Source: Eremomyces bilateralis CBS 781.70 (lineage: Eukaryota). Taken from it: a stretch of 64,000 nt of DNA. Below are positions 13,169-23,773 of this stretch, piece after piece (positions within the stretch are counted from its first letter, which is position 1; each line of letters begins with the position of its first letter). The stretch is taken from assembly GCA_010015585.1 (NCBI GenBank), contig ML975166.1, one strand, 5' to 3'. The translations under genes and the position numbers were made by a program. The notes under the pieces were generated by a model that made no database searches, was not told the DNA's origin, and was given only the letters and a program-made list of their open reading frames with translations.

Positions 13169-14184
13169 AATGGTGCTTCCCGCGGACACAAGGACGCTAC
13201 CACAATATATTGATGCCCAGGCATGAAAATTTTTCATAAGTATCTAAGTGCTGAAGGCCTCGCTCTGGAGAAGAGGTAGTATATATCAATATAAAGTGAA
13301 GTAGTCGGAATATCTAGACTCTAGATAGAAATATAGCGGTTGAGATGATATACTTGCATGCGTATCGCCCTCATTTGTGGAAGCAAGAGGTACGTCCTTG
13401 CAACGTATTCCACGTGTCTTGGCTTCAGTGCATTCTTCGTAAGCAAACGCGTTCAATTTGCGGTCGGGCAAAAGCTAACGGTGTCGCCACTGCTTTTGTT
13501 CGGACTGATACTGGACTTTTGACAAACCTATGGCCAATTTGGGCGGAAGGGATGGGTGTCATGATACGATTTTGGGATGAGTTTAATGAGAAGAACTGGG
13601 CCAATTGCGTACACCCCGTTCTGGTTAAGGACGATCTTGGAATCGACGCGAGCAGTATTGTTGATTTGGAGACACTGAAAGGACTGGTGTTGTAGATGGC
13701 GCAGATTTGTCACCTGATCCAAGTTCGGAGAGGGAGATATCCGGTAGAGTAGCTGTCTAGGTTCGGTAATGAGAATCAATGCCTTTACTTTCGCAGTTTG
13801 ATGACACTCGTAGTGTCTCGGCTGACTTCGGTATTTTTAATATGGGTTTCGTGAACCAAGTAGAAGGACGAAGCCTGGAACGGAGATCAATAGATCATGT
13901 CTCTGTTAGCTGAATGTGATATAAGACCAGTGGCGAAGGGGTTGTTGATGTGGGACGTTTGAATAGATTCTGTCTTCAATCTGCCTTCAGTCCGCCTTCG
14001 CAAATTCGTATGTTGGTCAGATATCACTATTATTAATATTTAACTCCGATATCTCCGCAAAAGTGGATGGGATCTGCAAACCAATCCAGGCCTATAAGTC
14101 TCGGTGCTCTAAGGGAATAAGGGATACATTTTTCAGTGAGTACTTCAACACTCAAGGGTCGCTCTCAGCACATACACGTCGAAA

Positions 14185-15084
14185 ATGGGTACTTTAGTCA
14201 TTGGCGCCGGTGAGCTGGGCATGGCAATATTACAAGCGATATCGCTGCACCCCCATCACGACAGCAAAAAGCTCGCTGTCCTTCTTCGGACGGAGGCGAT
14301 CACCTCTCATGACACCTCGAGGAAAGAGAATGTCCGAAAAATCAAGTCTATGGGAGTGGAAATCGAAGTCGGCGATGTTGTTAGCTACTCGCTCGAGGAG
14401 CTTGCCGAGATATTCAGTGGCTATGATACGATTATCTGCTGCTCTGGCATGGGGTTACCTTCCGGGACTCAAATCAAGCTGTGCGGAGCGGTCGTTCGCG
14501 CCCGAACGCCGAGATATATCCCGTGGCAATTTGGTCTCGATTACGACCGCATCGGATACGGCAGCTCGCAGGACTTGTTCGATGAGCAACTCCATGTCCG
14601 GGAGGCGCTTCGTGCTCAGACAACAACGACCTGGACCATCGTATCGGCGGGACTGTTCATGAGCTTTCTCTTTCTTCCGGAATTTGGCATCGTTGACCTC
14701 GAGAATGGCGTGGTCCATGCTCTTGGCTCTTGGGAGAACCGTGTTACCGTCACCGGCCCCAAAGATATTGCCACCATGACCGCAGAAGTGGTCTGTAATG
14801 CGGAAGACACCGCCGACCGAGTGGTATATATCGCTGGAGACACTATCTCATATGGTCAGTTGGCAGAGCTTTTAGAAGCTCGATTTCAAAAGGAATTTGT
14901 GAAGAAGCTATGGGACATTCCGACTTTACATCGCCAATTAGCCACAGATCCTGGCAATGGGATGATTAAGTATCGAAATGTATTCGCCGATGGTCGTGGA
15001 GTTGCTTGGGATAAAGCTGAAACACTGAATGTCAAGCGCAGCATTCCGCTTACGGACCTCAATTCATACCTTGACAAGCTTTGA
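14185..15084 (+). CDS. NmrA/isoflavone-reductase-like NAD(P)-binding protein (aromatic alcohol reductase-like), intronless
   Basis: LVIGAGELG Rossmann motif, PWQFGLDYD, DLFDEQL, YIAGDTISY, GRGVAWDK; 299-aa single exon. Confidence 0.8.
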   Translation: MGTLVIGAGELGMAILQAISLHPHHDSKKLAVLLRTEAITSHDTSRKENVRKIKSMGVEIEVGDVVSYSLEELAEIFSGYDTIICCSGMGLPSGTQIKLCGAVVRARTPRYIPWQFGLDYDRIGYGSSQDLFDEQLHVREALRAQTTTTWTIVSAGLFMSFLFLPEFGIVDLENGVVHALGSWENRVTVTGPKDIATMTAEVVCNAEDTADRVVYIAGDTISYGQLAELLEARFQKEFVKKLWDIPTLHRQLATDPGNGMIKYRNVFADGRGVAWDKAETLNVKRSIPLTDLNSYLDKL

Positions 15085-15582
15085 GAGATGAATCTCATTA
15101 GATAATTTCCGTAGCCAATCTGGTCCTGAATCTAGGTGATCAAAGGTCTTGTCCCTGCTCTGGATGGGAAATAAGTTGAGCTCTCGCCTCTAGTTACTCG
15201 TCATCTGATGCCTTTCGCTCGCTTGACAAACATTGAGTGACCGCCCCGATGCGTAGTCCAGAATAGAATTAAGAATTACGATAGGTACAGTTAATTTACT
15301 AAAAAGAAGAAGACCATCACTACGATTTTCCTCATGGTTGTTTGTGTTTTGAAACGAACACACATCATCTCAGATGGACATGGAGCTGGAATTTGATAGG
15401 TGCCTGACTGCCTGAGGTTTGCCGAAATGAAGCCGCGGTCCAACTTGAACCACCCACATGCAGCTCCTCTGTATTTACATCGTCTCCCTGACTGACATTG
15501 GTCTAACACAATTTCGTGATATCCGGACCATCGAAATATTCCACGAAAGTTTCATCAACGTCCATCGAGCCCATCGATCACC

Positions 15583-16146
15583 ATGGCCGAAACAACAGGA
15601 TCAACCAAGGGGAAATTCGAGCCCAAAAACCCCGTCACGCTGGCTCCACCGAAAGATGATCCGATATCATTAGAATACCTCTCCAAGTGTGACGGTGTGT
15701 GACCACGCTTGCACCACATGAACCTCGTGAAGGCCGCAAAGTGAATTCAGAGACCAACATTTCTAACCATTTATAGGGACCCATGAAGGATATCCAACCT
15801 ATGTTGCTATCAAGGTACGTACTGGAATGACCACGCTGCAACTTCATGCTGACTAGCTGTAGGGGAAGGTATTCGATGTTAGCGGCAATCCTGCCTATGC
15901 ACCAAAAGCCACCTATAATGGTAAGTTCAACCTAATCCCGGCATCGGGGTCCCGCTGAATCTTAGTCGAAATGTAGTGTTCACTGGCAAGGACTCATCGC
16001 GTGCACTGGGGCTCTCGTCACTGAAGCCCGAGGAGTGCGTCGCAGAATGGGAGGACCTTGATGATGACGCGAAGAAGGTGTTGGAAGATTGGTTCACGTT
16101 CTTTAGCAAGAGATATAACATTGTCGGCGTCGTCCAAAAGGAGTGA
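15583..16146 (+). CDS. Cytochrome b5-like heme/steroid-binding protein (MAPR family), 4 exons, absent from ORF track
   Basis: Spliced MAETTG...PPKDDPISLEYLSKCDG/THEGYPTYVAIK/GKVFDVSGNPAYAPKATYN/VFTGKDSSRALGLSSL...LEDWFTFFSKRYNIVG; canonical introns. Confidence 0.85.
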
Positions 16147-16457
16147 ATGTGCAACCTCGACGCATATGTTCAGCGAAAGGAACGGGTCGCAAAGCTGCCC
16201 GCTGGCGTTCCTCCTAAAGATATTATGTACAACTATGTGCATATATGATTACCGAAATCAGCCACTGCTGGGTACAATTGACTTAGCGGCGTCTTTCCAG
16301 CCAAAAAACCTATTCAGCGCAAATGAAACACTCCTATTCAGTGACCACCCACCACGCTCCCATTTTGAACATCTCGCAGTATCGCAACAAATGAGTGGCG
16401 GTGATCAGAACCCTCCCAGTGGGTGTCTACGATATCGGTTTTGAGCACTCTTCCATA

Positions 16458-16619
16458 TTACCCGCATCCAGGGCATGGTACTGATTCACGCCATTGCCGA
16501 ACGACGACTGCCACTCCAAAACACTGGTGGTTTGGATCGTTCCGGGCAAAATGGCAGTGCCGTGCTAGACGTCGCATTGAATGCCCACAGGCAAACACGA
16601 TATGCTCGTAGAAACACAT
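16458..16619 (-). CDS. 53-aa Cys/His-rich microprotein (putative metal-binding)
   Basis: MCFYEHIVFACGHSMRRLARHCHFARNDPNHQCFGVAVVVRQWRESVPCPGCG*; preceded by an apparent 5'-UTR intron 16636-16680 (GTAGGT...CTAAC.GTAG). Confidence 0.65.
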   Translation of the reverse strand: MCFYEHIVFACGHSMRRLARHCHFARNDPNHQCFGVAVVVRQWRESVPCPGCG

Positions 16620-17607
16620 GATCGTCGATTCCTGTCTACGTTAGTGGAATAGATCTTTTTTTGTGCGGTGGGCTACCTACGTTCTTGATTGATGGGGAAC
16701 GCTGGTTGCTAAGGTTTCGCCGTCCGCTGTTCAGTAATGGTATGCGATGGCAGGCGTGGCTTCCGGGTAAGACTAGTAGGGTATGATAACGTCGGTAAGG
16801 TCGGCGTAGAATGACGATGACAAGAACAAACTGCTCCGGCCATCTAGCTGCAGTCCCAATATATGCCTCGACAGACGCCCACCGCTGCATGGGGATTGAT
16901 TCTCCAAGATGATACCTCGACTAGGAATTGCCATCGCGCTATCTAAATAGTTCATTTCCATAAGACGTTCGGCTCGGCAAGGCCCTGTCCTGTTGACTGT
17001 TGAGGACCCAAGATAAACGGCGGCGCGGTCGATGGGCCTTGCACTCTGGGTAGAACCATGGGAATACAAAGGCTGAGTGCAGTCGATCGACCTGAGTGAA
17101 GCTCTATCGGTTCATTTGCTCACTGAATATGATCGATGGCATGGCCGATCGGGGCAAAGGGTCTGTGTCAGCAATAATCAGTCACAGGTATCTGCAGGGA
17201 CACGCATGTTAATGCCCTTCGGCCTGTTGCAGGTGGGGACATTTGTGCATTCGACCATGAAATTGCTAGATGGAACGACAAAGCGATCCGGGGCATATAG
17301 CTGGTCGAGTATGTTCTGGAACCAGTTAGAACGATGACACATAAAACGGATAGCTGCGCCGTCATACCAGAACTTTCCACGCATGGTATTGGTGACAGGT
17401 CGCAGCACAATGAAATAAAGTCAGACAAGGTAATAGCAACGGGTTTGCGTACTGGTCAATGAAGCAATGATGGATGCAGATGAGACGGATAGACAAAGGA
17501 GGTGGATGGATGTTTGAATAAAAGTTCTATTATGCCGTGAGACGCCTTCGTTCACAGGAGAATGTATACTAGTCATCACTTTGATCACACTATATTTGAC
17601 TAGATGA

Positions 17608-19710
17608 CTAGGGCTTTCCACCTTTCCGTTGCCGTCTTTGGTTTCTCTTCCTTGCAATAATCCTTTGCCGCTTTGCGAGGTCTTCATCTTGAGTGGCATC
17701 CTGAGTGGCTTTGTCTAGTTGCTTGCCGCTCCCAGAATCTACCCCAGCACCGATCGTGCCATTCTGGGGTCCGTCGGTCTTCTCACTGTTCGAAGATGTG
17801 GCCTGTTTAGACTGCTCCTCCCTCGTCCGCCGCCTGGCGACGACCTGAGCGTTTTCAATGGCAAACTCTACAATGAGGCGCTTTTTCGGCTCCCCTGAAC
17901 CGCCTTTCGCGCCACCACCCGCTAAGCGACCATTCAACCACCGCAGTCCCATCAATGCTGAGCGATGGGTGTGGTACTCGATGAACCCATAGCCACGGCT
18001 CTTTCCCCCGCTCTCCTCTCTGGTTTTGGCGCCTTCGCTGCTTTCGAACTCAATTTTCGCTTGCTTCACAATACCCGTCCCCTTTGCCTTGCGATTCTGC
18101 TCCGCTTGCTTCATCTCCTCGCCACCGCGGGCCAGCTCTTCTTTGGACAGCCTCTCACGCAGGTCCTCTTTCACGTCTTTGGCAAAGCCAACGACAGCTT
18201 GGCGAGCCAGGGTCTTGAGATCACTGGAATTGACATTCCGAGGAATATTGCGGACCGAGAGCCTAGTTAGACTGAGGAAAAGGGATGGATTGGAATCTAA
18301 AAGCTTCTTGCGCTGTTTCGCGCTCGCTTCGCGCATTGAAATGTCGGTCTGCGAAAGCTCCTTGTAGAACGGAGAACTGGACTGGATGGCTCCTTCGCCG
18401 AGGAGGTAAAGGCGTCGCTTGTCCCTATCGCGGTGATTCCGTTTGTTCAAACTTTCCTCGGCTAGTCGGGATGCCTCGTTTCGATCGACCGCTCGAGAGA
18501 CTTGAAGGATGCGGGTGTCAAATGTGAATTTTCCCGAGGGGTCCAATTCTTCGTTTTGTAGGATGGACACGTTGGTTCTTGACCCTGGACCCGCGGCCTG
18601 GGTCTGCTTCGGCGATTGCTTGAGACAGTCCGTGGCATCAGATTCATTGACGAATCGTACAAAACCTGTGCCGCGAGGTCGCTCCGTTGCAGGATCTAAC
18701 ACAACCCGAGCAAACTTCAATTTCCCAAATTGGCTGAAGTGCTCGAATAATGTCTCGTCGGTAGCGGTAAAGGGGATATTTCGCACGAACAGTGTCGATG
18801 TCAAATTCTCAGCAGGCTTGTGCTCGGGTTCGTCCTCCTCGGTGTCACTGCCTGAACCATCGTCTTCAGCACTACTATTAGTATCGTCACTCTGGTTTGG
18901 TTCTGATGTAACATCTTCATCGTCTTCGGTAACCAAATTCTGCTGTGTAGTGGTGGGCAACGCTTCCTGTCCCTCGTCACCGTCGTTCGTCGCTTTCTGC
19001 CACTCTTCTCGGCCCACCGACCAGTCGACCGCGATCGTACGGCCTTCGATTTCCTTCTCGTTCAACCCAGCGATGGCTTTCTCCGCATTTCGTCGTCCCC
19101 GAACAATGACGATACCAAAGCCACGCATCACACCGTTCTTGTCCTTTGGAATGATAGCGTAGTTGACTTTTCCGTAGCTCCTGAATAGAGACGACAGCTT
19201 CTCCGCAGTGTCGATTGTCCATGGTAGATTTCGTACGATCAACTTCGTTGGGGGCAGCTCGGCTTTTTCCACTACCGGTCGCTGTGTTGAGACTGGTTCT
19301 CGCTTGGGTTTGGCTGACGTGCGTTCTTCATTGCGCTGCCGTGGCTCAGCAACATCCGTTTTGATCTTTTTGCCATGGATCGTCGTCCCGTCCAGCTTCT
19401 CCTTGGCTGCGACGGCATCCTCGGCGTCGGTCAAGGTTACAAACCCATACCCTCTGCATTTCTTGGAGACGGTGTCGAGTACCGCAACAGCATGTTTCAC
19501 GGGATAATGGAACGAAAAATGATTCGTAAGGTCGTCGGAAGTCGTGTTCGGATGGAGTGACCGCACAAAAATGCTTCGAACTGCATGGGGAGCGGCTTCT
19601 TCAGTTGGAAGGGTGGATTTCGCATGCGATAGTTCCTGCTGCTCTTCAGGGACCTTGTCGGCTTCGTCGCCCCCGCTGGACAGCTTCTGACGCTTTCGCT
19701 TTTGTCCCAT
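17608..19710 (-). CDS. NOP4: Nucleolar four-RRM protein Nop4/RBM28 (60S biogenesis)
   Basis: Four RRMs (RGYGFVT, RGFGIV, RGTGFVRF, SRGYGFIEY), DKRRLYLLGEG, RLIVEFAIENAQVV; likely start MGQKRKRQK at 19710. Confidence 0.92.
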   Translation of the reverse strand: MGQKRKRQKLSSGGDEADKVPEEQQELSHAKSTLPTEEAAPHAVRSIFVRSLHPNTTSDDLTNHFSFHYPVKHAVAVLDTVSKKCRGYGFVTLTDAEDAVAAKEKLDGTTIHGKKIKTDVAEPRQRNEERTSAKPKREPVSTQRPVVEKAELPPTKLIVRNLPWTIDTAEKLSSLFRSYGKVNYAIIPKDKNGVMRGFGIVIVRGRRNAEKAIAGLNEKEIEGRTIAVDWSVGREEWQKATNDGDEGQEALPTTTQQNLVTEDDEDVTSEPNQSDDTNSSAEDDGSGSDTEEDEPEHKPAENLTSTLFVRNIPFTATDETLFEHFSQFGKLKFARVVLDPATERPRGTGFVRFVNESDATDCLKQSPKQTQAAGPGSRTNVSILQNEELDPSGKFTFDTRILQVSRAVDRNEASRLAEESLNKRNHRDRDKRRLYLLGEGAIQSSSPFYKELSQTDISMREASAKQRKKLLDSNPSLFLSLTRLSVRNIPRNVNSSDLKTLARQAVVGFAKDVKEDLRERLSKEELARGGEEMKQAEQNRKAKGTGIVKQAKIEFESSEGAKTREESGGKSRGYGFIEYHTHRSALMGLRWLNGRLAGGGAKGGSGEPKKRLIVEFAIENAQVVARRRTREEQSKQATSSNSEKTDGPQNGTIGAGVDSGSGKQLDKATQDATQDEDLAKRQRIIARKRNQRRQRKGGKP

Positions 19711-19881
19711 AGTGTCGATGGGGTAATATGCACGGTGGAAGTACCGCTTTGAAAGACTACCAGTAGTGTAAGGTGAGGTTCGGTGGGACAAATTTATTCT
19801 ATCTTCGTTTTCAAGGCGGAGAAGGAAATTCATGGGGTCCGTGCATGGCACCATGGATAATTCATAATTGTCGCCTTGAAC

Positions 19882-19911
19882 CCTTGACGCCTTGACGCCT
19901 TGACGTCTTGA
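19882..19911. repeat. Tandem CCTTGACG x3 (+ degenerate copy) in the divergent NOP4/DHX35 promoter
   Basis: ccttgacgccttgacgccttgacgtcttga read directly. Confidence 0.8.
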
Positions 19912-20164
19912 ATTCGAGGCATCGAGCTAGCCTGCTTCCAATCGTCAATTGAACGCAAAACCGTCGCGCACGATGTGGAAAGTCAGTTCGAGGCCAACGC
20001 ACGACAATATTTATTGGTGACTTAGCAATTGATCAGCTGTTGTAGCTAGGTATTCAATGGGTCTCTAATGGCTTCAGAGATGGCCCTAACCCCGCGTTTG
20101 GATGTGTAGTACTACATATGCTTCACAAAGACCTAATATCAAATCCTCACCGAAGCCCTGCAGC

Positions 20165-22327
20165 ATGGATGAACCAGGAGACGAGATCATCCCGTCCCTA
20201 TACCGGCCGTCCTCTTTGCTGCCTATTGCTCGCCATCGGGATGCATTGCTGTATCTCGCGGAGAATTATCCGGTCACAATAGTTGTTGGACAAACTGGGA
20301 GTGGTAAAACGACTCAGATACCCCAGTTCCTTGCTCAAGCAGGATGGTGTGCAGACGGAAAGCAGATCGCCGTTACTCAGGTACGTTAGCTCTCCGCATT
20401 CGAAAAAAACCTTCTTTTTCTTAATTAGCGGTTCACATAGCCACGCCGTGTCGCCGCGACAAGCGTCGCACATCGTGTTGCGGAGGAGATGAGATGTGAG
20501 ATCGGTCAAGAGGTAACACTGCATGAACCATTGTTCGGAGCACATGTCTAACCTCATCTAGGTTGGTTACTCGATACGGTTCGAGGACAGGACATCGGCT
20601 GTGACGAAGATCAAATTCCTGACCGATGGTCTGCTTCTACGGGAGGCGTTGGTCGACCCTCTCCTGAGTCGTTACTCAGTGATCATGGTAGATGAAGCTC
20701 ATGAAAGGTCCCTAAGCTCCGATATTCTACTTGGGCTGTTGAAGAAGATTCGTAAAAGGAGGCATGACTTGCGTATCATAGTGAGTAGCGCCACCATCCA
20801 GGCGGAGCGTTTCCTCCATTTCTTCGACGAAGAAGCAAGCGTCTCCAATGGACTCAGTCCCACTGGAAGTACTGTGGGCTCAATCATCAGCCTGGAAGGC
20901 CGGATGTATCCTGTCGATATCCATTATCTTGAAGAGCCGAGCGATGACTACCTTGAGCGCGCAGTCCAGACTGTATTGGACATACACTCGTCGGAAGATC
21001 AAGGGGACATCCTAATCTTTCTTACTGGCAGAGACGAAATTGAACGTGCTGTCGAAATGATCAATGAGCGTGTCGAGTCATCATATTCCAAGGCTTCAAC
21101 TGTGGTCCTTCCTCTGTACGCTGGTCTGCCCACCGACCAACAGATGTACATCTTTGAGCCTACTCCAGAAAATACCCGCAAAGTCATTGTTGCTACCAAC
21201 ATTGCCGAAGCTTCTGTCACTATTGATGGCATCGTCTACGTAGTCGATTGCGGCTTCGTCAAAGTTCGAGCTTACAACCCCCACTCAGGCATTGAGACAT
21301 TGACCGTCGTCCCGATCTCGAAGGCTTCTGCCACTCAACGAGCTGGACGAGCCGGCCGAACGAAACCTGGGAAGTGTTACCGCTTGTACAACGAAGCGGC
21401 CTTTGCCGCCCTAGACGAATCAACCGTCCCGGAAATTCAACGGTCGAATCTTGCGCCCGTAATCCTACAGCTCAAAGCCCTGGGGATCGACAATATCGCC
21501 CGATTCGATTATCTTACAGCACCTCCCTCGGAGCTTGTCACGAGAGCGTTGGAGCTATTGTTTTCTCTTGGAGCATTGGATGACTACGCCAAGTTAACCC
21601 GGCCACTCGGTTTGAGGATGGCAGAGATTTCGCTCGAGCCAATGATGTCCAAAGTGCTCCTCGCTGCACAATCTTTCGATTGTCTGAGCGAGATGCTCAC
21701 GATCACAGCTATGACCAGCCTACAAGGCGCCGTCTGGTTCTCTCACGAAGGTGACCGAAAAAGTCAAGAGTCGGCCCGGCGCAAATTTGCCGCGGAGGAA
21801 GGCGACCACCTAACGCTGTTGAACGTATTCCAAGCTTTCGTAACGAGAGGAAGAAGGGACGCGAAATGGTGCCGCGACCATTACCTCAATTTCAAGTCGA
21901 TGAGCAGCGCCGTCAGCATCAGGAACCAACTGAAAGGGTATCTGGAGAAATTCGGGATCAAGCTGGACGAAACGAATTATGCTAGCAAACCTCGGACCGT
22001 GGGTGGGCCAGATGTGGGCGAACGGATAAGACGATGTTTAACCACTGGTTTATTTGCCCATGCAGCACGGATGCAGCCAGACGGGTCTTTTGCCTCCGTT
22101 AATGGCACGGTGTTCTACGCACATCCGACATCGTTGATGTTTGTAAGTGCTCGATCCTTTTCCTTTCCGAGGACCTTGACTCACTTTTGCAGAACCGTAA
22201 GGCCGATTGGGTGATATTCCAAGACATCATGGAAACGGGCAACAAGACATATATCAGGGACATCACCAAAATTGAGAAAACCTGGTTGATAGAGTATGCG
22301 CCGCAGTTTTATCAAATCTCCAAATAG
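20165..22327 (+). CDS. DEAH-box RNA helicase, DHX35-like
   Basis: GQTGSGKTTQ, spliced TQPRRVAA, DEAHER, SSAT, ATNIAEASVTI, QRAGRAGR; HA2/OB C-terminus; introns 20381-20440, 20513-20561, 22143-22192. Confidence 0.9.
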
Positions 22328-22433
22328 GAAGAGGACGCCAAGAGAAGTCGATCAAACTTAGGCATCTCCCAATGTAACAATACCATGGATCATCCGTAGA
22401 ACACCTTGCAAAAAGAACTTCCTTTCGTCATCA

Positions 22434-23265
22434 TCACTTCATCACCCTTATAAATAGTTCCCGCATCCCCTTTAGAAACGGAGCCAAATCCCTGCTCTCA
22501 TTCAGTTTCTCCACACACCTCTCGATATCCTCTCTCTCCAATTTTGGCCTCGCCGAGAACACTTGGTAATCTCGTGAACCGGTCCCCAGCTCGAACCACG
22601 CTTCCCTCTCCCAGTCTGTCTCGCACACATGTGTAAACACAAACTTCAGTCGGTCCACGGCTCCGGCTCCCTCAATGCGCATGCACAGATTGTTTTCCCA
22701 GAAATCCAACTCGGGGACATTAAATCGCGCTTGCTGTGACAGATGACGCGCGTGGGCTTGTTGGGCGGCCTTTCGTGATGCAATGGTAGCCTGGACGGAT
22801 GAGATGTGTGCCAGTAGCGCGTCTCGATGGGTGGCGTGCTCGTCCCGCTGGGTGGTGAGGGAGGTGATGGCGCTGTGCATCTCGTTCGTTTCTTGCGACT
22901 CTTTGGCGACGGATTGGACGTGGCTTGTCGTTTTCAACTGGAGGATCTCAACATCTCGGTTCTTGATTCGGTGGTCCTCTGTAAACTGGTCAGGGCCCAT
23001 CTCCCCATGTATTCGGACGCTCTCCCATACCTTGCATTTCCGCAACATTCATTCGGAACTGATTGCGCTCTTCGAGAACTCTTTTTCTACCCCGCTCGAT
23101 AAAGTCGTCGAATCGGACGGTAAAGCGCGCCATGCGCTCTCGCAGCTCATCGAACTTGAAGTCCACGCTAGGGAGATTGTCCGCCATGGAGATGGCATTG
23201 CTTGTTGATCGGGATGCGCGAAATGCGCTCGTTGAGGAAGCAGGATCGAAGACGGCTGCAGCCAT
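22434..23265 (-). CDS. SPC25: Kinetochore Ndc80-complex subunit Spc25
   Basis: LPSVDFKFDELRERMARFT coiled coil; PELDFWENNLCMRIEGAGAVDRLKFVFTHV RWD domain; intron 22979-23030. Confidence 0.88.
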
Positions 23266-23773
23266 CCTGTACGACTTGGATACGTAGGATCGTTGTTGAG
23301 TTTGGGAAAAGTAATGTATTTCGCGGTGTGGAGTACCTGAGCTGTTTCTCGAAGAGTCGAAGTCGAGAGCGATTCCAGCCCTGACGATTTGCATTGTTAT
23401 TGTTTTACCAAAAGGAGATTAGCGCGGGACAATCCCGATCACGTGAACCCAACCAAATACTCAGGTACTGGTAGTAAAATCTCGACCATTAACTTTTTGA
23501 TACATCAAAGCAAGCCACATTCGAAGGAAATCCATGTTCTAGCCATGGCTATTCCTGTTGTTATTGTTGGCAGCTTTGGGACGAGATCATATTCAAGCAG
23601 AGCGAGATGTCTTGGAGACTTTGAAACCGCAAGTCCACAAACCACTTGTAGCATTTCAACAAGCATGGCGAATGGCAACCTGATGATGCCAAACGCCTGA
23701 ATCGATTTTTGGGAAACCCGGATAAACAAAATGCTCACATGGCGAACACACTGTACCGAAATTTCCGTGGACA

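Noticed and set aside
13345..13779. 116-aa (+) and 83-aa (-) ORFs between the agmatinase and the NmrA gene
   Set aside because: No family motifs and no convincing gene model; a gene relic cannot be excluded but cannot be supported
19711..20164. N-terminal extensions of NOP4 (to 19854) and DHX35 (from 20102) given in the ORF track
   Set aside because: Extensions lack family-like sequence; the downstream ATGs (19710, 20165) fit typical N-termini better
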